NCBI RefSeq assembly: GCF_001194135.2
Contig: NC_068983.1
Coordinates: 85,175,375 to 85,220,720 of the forward strand
From: Octopus bimaculoides
Taxonomy: Eukaryota
Direction: 5' to 3'
DNA length: 45,346 bases
The notes under the pieces are model-generated. The model worked only from the letters and a program-made list of their open reading frames with translations. It was not told the origin of the DNA and searched no databases. This document shows, in pieces, positions 24,085-33,529 of this stretch; position 1 is the first letter of the stretch, and every line of letters begins with the position of its first letter. Made by a program: the position numbers and the translations under genes.

Positions 24085-24936
24085 TTAAGAAACGAAATTT
24101 CAAGCATGATATCTTGTCTACTTTACCACCTATCCAAGTGGGATAAATTCAAATTATAATGTTATTATAGATTATATGCACAATAAACATATACTCCCAG
24201 GAACTCATGTTGGAATTCTAAACTGCACAGATATGTATAGCATAAATATAACACCTATACAAGACAAGCGATTTGCAAAATATATTTTATAAATTCGTTA
24301 TTAACAATAGAAGCTGTATTAGTTCTGAATAGTAGTCTAATATATCTTACGTAAGTTGGATATACTGTAAGAAAACCGTAATAGTGCGGTATTCGTCGAG
24401 TGAAGGCATTTAGAATGGATGCATAAGTACTAAAAAGCACAGAAGCAAACGAAACGCGTTCAGCGACGGCGGTGGAATAGCTAGATCCCGGAATGTCTGT
24501 GTATTTGTGCATCATCAGGAAACATCCATTATCAACTGCATCTGTTCATGTGTTGCCAAATTTTTCGTTAACGACGTAGAATAACAGTAATCAACCAAGC
24601 ATTGGTGGGGCAAGTATCTTGTGGGCTGAGTAAAAATTGCCATAATGACGGTAGTAGTAATCTGTGTATCTTACGGTTTTAATACTTCTGTGAGGATATA
24701 TAAATATATATAATAGGGTCCTAATACTTAAGTCAACATGTGGAGGTTAAAATTCAAAGACTTATAATGGGAATGCGATACATTACAATTTCGTAGGTAT
24801 GAACCTTACTTCCATAAAAGTCCCTCTTAAAAATTGAAGATTTTAATTAAAATTTGATTTGTTATTTGTATTTATATATCCTAGGCATATACCAGGCATT
24901 CATGCAACAAATGCTACTGACGTGTGTGTATTTGCG

Positions 24937-24977
<41 letters not shown>

Positions 24978-25225
24978 AGAAAGTGTACGTACACCGCTAT
25001 ATANNNNNNNNNNNNNNNNNNNNNNNNNNNNNNNNNNNNNNNNNNNNNNNNNNNNNNNNNNNNNNNNNNNNNNNNNNNNNNNNNNNNNNNNNNNNNNNNN
25101 NNNNNNNNNNNNNNNNNNNNNNNNNNNNNNNNNNNNNNNNNNNNNNNNNNNNNNNNNNNNNNNNNNNNNNNNNNNNNNNNNNNNNNNNNNNNNNNNNNNN
25201 NNNNNNNNNNNNNNNNNNNNNNNNN

Positions 25226-25436
25226 CGAGCGTGGCCGCTTTCGTGCGGGTGACACGTAAAAGCACCCACTACACTCTCTGAGTGGTTGGCGTTAGGAAGG
25301 GCATCCAGCTGTAGAAACTCTGCCAAATCAGACTGGAGCCTGGTGTTGCCATCCGGTTTCACCAGTCCTCAGTCAAATCGTCCAACCCATGCTAGCATGG
25401 AAAGCGGACGTTAAACGATGATGATGATGATGATGA
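25226..25436 (+). mobile_element. SINE family B 3' part; the 5' part lies in the gap
   Basis: aggaagggcatccagctgtagaaac...ccaacccatgctagcatggaaagcggacgttaaac(gat)n. Confidence 0.85.
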
Positions 25437-26157
25437 ATACAGAATGGGACAAGAACGCAAAAACATCCAGACATTTAGGTGATACAAGAAAGGGACAAAA
25501 CCTACAGATAGACTATACAAAGAAAACACGGACATGTCATTCGGAGTTTTCTCTCTTCAGTCGAGATCCAGATTATCTTTGCAATTTCGGCTGGTAATTC
25601 TCGATATTGCTCCAAGGAAAAACTAAGCTAAGAGCATTAGATTCCTTGGAAGAAAGCAGCGAATGTATACAAAAACAAGGACGGAAAGAAACGAACAATG
25701 TTACACAAATACAGTAGGAATAATAACGGGTCATAACAGATGTCTTTCGACTAATGACGAATAAAATTAAGCTGGCGTATATGGAAATAAGACCTTACAG
25801 CCGGGATACAAGATTTCACAGGCACAGGGAGAAATAACAATGTTGCACATACAACGGCCGCCTACCCATATATATTAATACATACTAATGTACAACATGT
25901 GACACGCGCCTGAATTTTATGGATGTATGTGCATGCATACATGTGTATTTTATCATTTAAAACGTTTCCACGTGTTTTGGACGCAAGTTAGTCTGTGAAA
26001 ATGTACGTTCATAAATAAATTTTGCAAATCGTGTGATATCTTGTATGTGTGCTGTGTACGTCATATATATTTGTGTATATTGCGTGTATAATTTATAACA
26101 GCATTATATCTACATTATTTAATTTGACGGATATTTGTCCTCATCTTGTTTGTTGTT

Positions 26158-26203
26158 AACACAACGTTTCGGCTGATATACCCTCCAGCCTTCGCCAGGT
26201 GTC
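26158..26203 (-). ncRNA. Mirror hammerhead copy with a mutated core (CTGGCGA), predicted inactive
   Basis: Reverse complement of 26481-26526 except A6 to G in the CUGANGA box. Confidence 0.7.
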
Positions 26204-26480
26204 TTGGGGAAATTTCGAACCTGGGTTCTCATTCCTAACAATGTTACTATTATTATTACTATTTTTAATCAGGTCGCTGCCGTGAATCGAACTCGGAATC
26301 TTGGGGTTAGTAGCCCGCGCTCTTAACCACTACGCCATATGCCCGTGGGCGTAGTAGTTAAGAGCGCGGGCTACTAACCCCAAGATTCCGAGTTCGATTC
26401 ACGGCAGCGACCTGATTAAAAATAGTAATAATAATAATAACATTGTTAGGAATGAGAACCCAGGTTCGAAATTTCCCCAA

Positions 26481-26526
26481 GACACCTGACGAAGGCTGGA
26501 GGGTATATCAGCCGAAACGTTGTGTT
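26481..26526 (+). ncRNA. Minimal type I hammerhead ribozyme (Penelope-type)
   Basis: Helix I GACAC/GTGTT, core CTGACGA, extra A, helix II GGCTG/CAGCC, GAAA, palindromic helix III ACGT, predicted cleavage after GUU (26521). Confidence 0.8.
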
Positions 26527-28109
26527 AACAACAAACAAGATGAGGACAAATATCCGTCAAATGTAAATAATTCCTCATCTCTTAAATATAGAACTGTAGC
26601 ATTATATCTTAACTTTATTCTAGTTGGATCGTTGGTAAGGTGAACGAGAGGTCATACTTAAAATTTCATAGTTTAAATTTGCGCATGCAAGGAGAAACGG
26701 TTTCTTCCATAATGTTTAAAACATTTGTAGTGAAACTACTATCGCCATTATATACAAACAAACCATCTTCTCTCACTATAAATATACAAACACGCGAGCG
26801 TAGTAGAAAACATCTCTTTCCTTGTCATCACCTGACTGACTATTATTTGAAGCGGCAACTGCCTCGTACCGTTCCCGCCAGAACGCAAACTGACCAATCA
26901 CAGCCCCTAATAAGGTCACGTGATAGTGTTTTTCTAATGCCTCTCTGGAGCCCCTATTTTGTTATAAATAGACTAAATTATACTCGCCAAATCGTCTCGG
27001 TTCAGATCTCTTAGAGACCTGTTCCGTGTACCACACANNNNNNNNNNNNNNNNNNNNNNNNNNNNNNNNNNNNNNNNNNNNNNNNNNNNNNNNNNNNNNN
27101 NNNNNNNNNNNNNNNNNNNNNNNNNNNNNNNNNNNNNNNNNNNNNNNNNNNNNNNNNNNNNNNNNNNNTACGTACACCAGCTAACCAAAACTACCGCAGA
27201 ACCTCTAACTCTGTTTGTGCGATTCACCTTCGCCACGATAGACAACAGACAAGAACCCAGCCTGCGAAGAACATCTGTATACAGGAACCCGGCTTGGCAT
27301 GGAAGCCTTAACATCACGACGAGTGATCGCACTGCCCCACACGCCTCAACTTCTTACATACAGATTCTTACTATTGTGTACTCTAAGAACTGGCAAATTC
27401 TTATATGTGTTACTGACCCCTTTCTATCTGCTGTATCTCACGCATACACATACATGTATCACTTACACACTCTTTTCTTTACCCGACGGCCTGTCTTTTA
27501 TTGTTTTATTATGTCGCATTCACACTCACACATACATTTTAATGCTACAATAAATATTACTGTTATTCATCTTTATCGGTTGTGTTCTATCTTGTATCTT
27601 ACTTGCATTTACGAAATCTCTATGTTATCGAAGTATAACATACGTGTATCATCTTTGATATATTTTGTGTTCGACCGTGTGACGCGTTTAAATAAAAGGA
27701 GCCCTGTTTTTCCATTCGTCACCATTTCTCCTTTTGGGTTCACACGGTCGTTCTTACACATTCATTGTTGAAGTTGTGTTGCTCAATTACGGTGTGATAC
27801 AGAAGTTGTATCTGCTAGCTCGTCCCTTTTATTTGCTGGCCTTAGCTATGTTTATTTTGAGGTTTTCCACGCTCCTATCATTAAGGTTCCATGTCATATC
27901 TGACAAATACGTATGTCTTTTAATCTTATCTGTAGACGAACCCAAGTACTACGTGTATCTTTTCTCGAAAGTGTTCGAATGTAAGTTATTATCGTCCCAT
28001 TCATGTTAATGCGGTTAGCCTTATAAACATTGTTTTATTTGTTTCTATGAATGTGTTTGAAGAGTTCTTAAAAGGTTTTTAAAATGTATGCAAATTATGT
28101 TAAAAGCTA

Positions 28110-28385
28110 CTAGATCTATGGTTGAATTTAACGTTTTAGACTTATGAGGTCATCTTCAAATCTATCTAAAGCTTTAATATGTGGTGGATTTTTACAAGAT
28201 TTGAAACCGAAATTGTCTTCTACAAAAGGGCTAGACATACCTTTATTGAAGAAGAAGGCCTTCCATTTCATTCTTCTCAGGATATTTTCGACGAGATGTT
28301 CAATGTCGACTTTCCTAGTCGGAAGAAAAATGTTCTTCAATGATGTTTTCACTTCGTGTTTCTTCATGACTTGTTTTTATTAAGA
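28110..28385 (-). mobile_element. Penelope-like element ORF, N-terminal fragment
   Basis: SLKNIFLPT...LVENILRRMKWKAFFF...NFGFKSCKNPPHIKALDRFEDDL, typical of the pre-RT region of PLEs. Confidence 0.75.
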
Positions 28386-28605
28386 TCTGGACTGCATGTG
28401 ATATGGTGAAAGTCCCATGTTTTGGCAAACAATTTTTTGATTTCCTTAGAAGATAGTTGTGAAATATTATCTGAAATCAGAATATCTCGTATTCCTTGTC
28501 TGGCGAAGACATATTTCATCCTGTTTATAGGCGTTAAACTAATTTTACCTCGTAATTACATTACTTCAGCAAATTTGGAGTAATAATCAACAATGACAAT
28601 GTAAC
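28385..28605 (-). mobile_element. Gypsy integrase core fragment; continues the 31887-33520 piece
   Basis: YIVIVDYYSKFAEV...MKYVFARQGIRDILISDNISQLSSKE...WDFHHITCSP. Confidence 0.85.
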
Positions 28606-31600
28606 TATAACGGTAAATGTTAGGAGTCAGAGGTTACCAATTATAAACGGTATATGCAGTTATTCGTTTTGAGAGGTTATCCAAATGTAACGGGTGTGAT
28701 GTTGCAGATGTGAAAGAAGAACAATGGTTGATGTTGACTCCAAATTTTTGTTTACCGTTACTTTATGTGTAGCCACACACGAGGGCGGGCGTGTATAAAT
28801 GGAAAAGCATGCGAGGTTAAGACAGTTAATTTCTTCTTGTATAAGTGTGTACATGTCCTCGTCATGGTATTAGTAAGCCAAAGATAGTGATAAAGTGATG
28901 TTGTAAAGTAAAGAAATGGGCTAGTGAGAGTAGTGGAACGAAGACTGTTATTTCTTTCGGTTGGTTTGATGACTGTTGAAGCAAAGCGAAGGCTGTTGAA
29001 AAGAAGGCCGTATTTCTTTAGCTCGGGTCACCAAATGTATGTGACGACGTAATGGAACAAGCAGTATCAGAAAGGCAGTAATTCTTTTTAGCGTCGGATC
29101 AGCAAGTTCTTTTCAAGCCGGGGTAGTGAGTTCTTTTTAAGCTTTGGTAGTAAGGAAAAGATAGCTAATGTAGCTTCAGAAGACAACAATTCTTTTTAGA
29201 TGGGGGTCACCAATTGTAACGATGCCTGTTATGGTAGTTGTAACGATATGTAACAGCTCTTGTCGCATTAGAGGGAATTCTTTCGAGTGGGAGTAGCAAA
29301 TATAATATAATTCGTAAAGCATGCGAGGTTAAGAGAGTTAATTTCTTCTTGTATAAGTGCGTACATGTCCTCGTCATTGAAATAGTAAGCCAAAGATAGT
29401 GATAAAGTGTTGTTGAAAAGAGAAATGAACTAGTGAGAAAATGAGAGTGGTGGGACGAGGCAACTGCTTTGTTGATTAGTTACCATAGATTTCCCTCTGT
29501 GCCTTTTCATTCAGAGACGGTTGTAGTAACGCTGTGCGCATTCGTAGTCTCATGCATGCGTGGAATTCAACAACCAAGCTTTCCCGCTTCATTCTGTCTC
29601 TTTCTTGCTGGCCAGCGATTGAGCAAGGACGTGTTTAGCTGTCTCTCTCCATCTTTCGAACTTACGCTAGACAGCTCGCTCACATCTACATACCAACGTC
29701 CCAACAACCATGCTCACACACACAGAAGACGTCTCAACAAACAAGAGCTAAAGATGTATATATTCCACCTTGAATAAATGTTGTTTAGGTTGATAGTCTG
29801 GAGTTCAGCGTTCCGTTATATTCTTAATATTATATAGGAAAGTCAGGTATACATCTAATGATGTATAACCCACTTTCCTATACGGTGTTTCGTTTAGCCG
29901 GTCAGCTAACTGCCCAGTAAGTCAGTTCTCACCAACTGACTTTGGCTTACGGAGTTCTTGTATTTATAACTATATAAAAATATGTATATTGCAAAGAACA
30001 AAAGATATTCTTTGGAGGTCGACCGTTATCTCAATTCAATTCTCCACCACACACAAGAGGTTAGAAGTGTCAAGTGGCAAATACATAAATCGGCTTAGCA
30101 AAGCCATATGTTAAATGTAACTGCTGTCACTATTGTTTTTACCGTGAGAAAAACGCTGTTGAAATGTCAAAGGAAATTGGCAGATTCAGGTTCGAATCTA
30201 TTCTATGCTTAAATGAAGTCACTACATTACTTAATATCCAAAGAGCTTCTGAGAAAAAGAAACGAACGATCTAGGAAGAAAAAGAAATGCATGGCTGAGG
30301 AAAACTTTCGCATATCAGGAGAGAGAATCACTGAAGTGCATACGGGACAATTTTCTACTCGGATAGGTCTGAAAAGCGGTGTCGCTTTGCGTCAGTGACT
30401 GAGCAGTGCGGTAATGTGTTAGCGCGCACGTGCGCGTGAGGAAGTATTACACGTGTGCAGGTGCACTTATCAAAATTTACTATAAAATAAGTTCAGGTGA
30501 GCGAGTGAGTGTATTCTCAACCCATGATATCGTAGATTTTCTTGCAGGATTACAATGTGTGAAATGCCTTGAAGGTTTTTCAGAAACTAAATGTGTCTGG
30601 CGCTGTTGCCGTGGGTAATTGCTGAGGTTAGCAAGAACGATAGTGCAGCATGCTAGAGTGATGCGTGAGACAAGTATTTCCTTCCACTTTGTTTCTGGGC
30701 AGGTGGCTGTCGAAATGATGCGTTTATTGGCTTCCATGGTCGGCGAACTCATTGTGCGCCGGCAGTGTTGCATTGTAGTGAAGTGAAAGGCAGTGTGCAT
30801 CGCAGTATAAAGCTTTCTGTAGCGCGTTGTGTAACAAGTGGAACGAGAGTTGTGGCTTGACGAAAGTTGAGTGCATTTGTGGCACTTAAATAGTAAATGC
30901 GGAATTTGATTGTCAGCGGATGGCACGGAGTTAGACTGAGGTTGCACATTAAGTTGATAAAAGTGCATACTGGTGCTGACGAAGACTGTCATTCCTTTCG
31001 TCTGGTTTGATGACTGTTGAAGCAAAGCGAAGCCTGCTGAAAAGAAGGCCGTATTTCTTTAGCTCGGGTCACCAAATGTATGTGACGACGTAATGGAACA
31101 AGCAGTATCAGAAAGGCAGTAATTCTTTTTAATATCGAGTCAGCAAGTTCTTTTCAAGCCGGGGTAGTGAGTTCTTTTTAAGCTTTGGTAGTAAGGAAAA
31201 GATAGCAGCTAATGTAGCTTCAGAAGACAGCAATTCTTTTTAGACGGGGGTCACCAATTGTAACGATGCCTGTTATGGTAGTTGTAACGATATGTAACGG
31301 CTCTTGTTGCATCAGAAGGAAGTAATTCTTTCGAGCAGGAGTAGCAAATATAATATAATTCGTAAAGCATGAGAGGTTAAGAGAGTTAATTTCTTCTTGT
31401 ATAAGTGAGTACAGGTTCTCGTTATTGTAATAGTAAGCCAAAGATAGTGATAAAGTGTTGTAGAAAAGAGAAATGAGCTTGTAAGAGTGGTGGGACGAGA
31501 CAACTGCTTCGTTGGTTAGTTACCATAGTTTTCCCTCTGTGCCTTTTCATTCAGAGACGGTGTTTCGTTCAGCCGGTCACTAACTGACTTTGGCTTACGG

Positions 31601-31886
31601 AGTTCTTGTATTTATAACTGTACAAAACTAACTAGAAAAATAGGTATATTGCAGAGAACAATAGGTATTCTTTGAGGGTCGACCGTTATCTCAATTCAAT
31701 TCTCCACCGCACACAAGAGGTTAGAAGTGGCAAGTGGCAAATACATAAATCGGCTTAGCAAAGCTATATGTTAAATGTAACTGCGGTCACTATTGTTTTT
31801 CTGTGAGAAAAACGCTGTTGAAATGTTTAAAGGAAATTGGCAGATTCAGGTTCGAATCTACTCTATGCCTAAATGAAGTCACTACA
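28606..31886 (-). mobile_element. Non-autonomous multi-LTR retroelement nested in Gypsy integrase
   Basis: TSD taac at 28602-28605 and 31887-31890. LTR blocks 31259-31886 and 29215-30226 both start TGTAGTGAC on the minus strand; a partial third block lies at about 28686-28935. tRNA-Trp-type PBS TGGTGACCCC; decayed gag-like peptide (PETKWKEILVSRIT...SEKPSRHF) at about 30480-30800. Confidence 0.8.
29522..29882 (+). mobile_element. Solo LTR (361 bp), copy 1
   Basis: TGTAGTAAC...TTCCTATA, TSD cggt at 29518-29521 and 29883-29886; absent from the paralogous LTR at about 31558; internal AATAAA. Confidence 0.9.
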
Positions 31887-33520
31887 TAACCATTACCATT
31901 AGTTGAGAATGAATCATCACCAACCTTTGACTGAAGATGTTCTGGTATCTCATGAAACAGTAATAGTTCTTTAGGATTGTCTGTCCTGAATCTGACACAT
32001 ATGGTATAGTTTTCAACTGCTTCCTGAATTTATGGATTCATGCCAGGTTAAAACAGTAAATCTCTGGGTTTCTGTTTTCTTCTTACAATGTCTTGACGTG
32101 ACTGTAGAACTTTGTTCAATTTCACTTCTGAGTGATTCAACTTTTGAAAACCAGTTGGTTTCATCACAGAACTCCCAATATGATTTCACTTACGACGAAT
32201 ATCCCTTTCTTGACAGTGAGCTGATAACATTAACGTCTAGCAATTCATCATAGAGAAAATCTTCATGCTCAATTAGCTACACATAAATCTTTTTCTTAGA
32301 TTTGTACGTGTAAAATCATTTTCTGTACGTGTGGTGTGAGTAGCCAAAGATTCCGGAAAATTGATACTAATGGTTTGCGGTCAGTTTCAATTAAGGCTGT
32401 CTTCCCACACGTATAGTCATAGAACCGTCTGCATCCAAAGACTATGGCCAGCAGTTCCTTCTGTAGTTGTAAGTAACCGTTTTGTGTTTTTTCTTTTGGA
32501 GTTTCCGTTAAAGCACGTGATACATACGTGATGGAATGGTCATCTTGTAATAAACATGTTTCTAGATCGTCTTTTCTACAATAAGGGTGTAGAAACGGAA
32601 AAAAAGATAGCTAAGATAAAAGGATTGGTACGACTGAAATTAGAACCCGGAACGTTTGATGATGAAACAAAAGCAATAGTGGTGGAGGAATGGATAGCGA
32701 AGAAGCTGCGAGAAATAGACAGATTTGATTTCCAGCTAAGTGGGTTATATGTGGGCTACAACACTTTGCCAAGCGTCGTAACGGCGGAGGGGCTGAAACC
32801 ATACATAATAATGAAAGAATAAGAACTGTATAAGAAAACTGTGAAATGAAACTGCGAGCTTTGTGGGGCTCGTAAGCCATTCCATCATCATATTGTAATT
32901 TACTCATTTCATCTCATAATTCGATCTATGTACCCCACGTTTTGTATTGTCTGTCCTTGTAATGTTCCCTTTCTTTGTAAATGAGGCCATCGTGCCTGTA
33001 ATAAAGATTTACATGTTTCTAGATCGTAAGTTGTTTACAGAAAGTATAGTCGGTTTCTTGATATCACAATACTTTACAACAGGCACGTTTATTATCAATT
33101 CTTTTAGTTTATCAAAACCTTCCTGTGTGCATGATTTTATGTGAATTCCATATCATCTTTGGTAAATTTTTTGCAACATACGTGAGCATTCCTAAAAACC
33201 CAAGTATGTCTTCGTTTTTTCTTTTTTCTTTTTGTGGGTTGTGGCATCTCAACAACACTACACACACTCTGGATTTGATTTAATACCAAGCTGTATGAAT
33301 ATGTGACCAACATAATTAACTTCGAATTTCCCACTTTCTACTATATCAAGGCTTAGTTAAAATCCTGCTTCAGCAATACAGCCGAGGACTTCAATCCCTT
33401 TTCATGTTCTTTGTTGGAACTAGCCCACATTAGTATGTTGTCAGTGATGACTTCCATACAACTCATTCCCCCAAAGAAATTTTCCGTAGTTCGTTGCTCT
33501 GCTAGCCTATTTTTCCTCAA
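31887..33520 (-). mobile_element. Decayed Gypsy pol: RT, RNase H and integrase zinc finger
   Basis: EVITDNILMW (YxDD box), EVNYVGHIF, FLGMLTYVAK, EGFDKLKELIINVPVVKY, LLQDDHSITYVSRALT, KELLAIVFGC, ETDRKPL, WPGM, PKELLLFHEIPEHLQSKVG. Confidence 0.88.
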
Positions 33521-33529
33521 TCTTCCCCA

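Larger units (their letters stand above)
26112..26597. mobile_element. Palindromic (head-to-head) tRNA-headed, hammerhead-bearing non-autonomous retroelement
   Basis: Inverted arms 26114-26344 and 26347-26571; A box ccactacgcca 26327-26337 (minus); B boxes 26284-26294 (minus) and 26390-26400 (plus); 12-bp direct repeat agcattatatct at 26100-26111 and 26598-26609. Confidence 0.85.

Noticed and set aside
25525-25570. Minus-strand CTGAAGA-GAG-aaaa-CTC-CGAAT-GACATGTC hammerhead-like string
   Set aside because: A15.1 is absent and no helix I can be formed; I could not support it as a ribozyme.
26346-26412. Functional tRNA gene (ACT anticodon loop)
   Set aside because: No pairing acceptor stem, a mismatched T stem, no TTTT terminator, and it is embedded in a repeat with a TSD; it is a SINE head.
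28606-31886. CRISPR-like or satellite array
   Set aside because: The repeats are LTR and PBS-junction copies of irregular spacing in a eukaryotic context; no constant repeat-spacer period.
33137-33334. THAP-like look of AHVCCKKFTKDD in the minus ORF
   Set aside because: The neighbouring frame reads FLGMLTYVAKNLP and EVNYVGHIF, i.e. Gypsy RT thumb; the resemblance is an off-frame coincidence.
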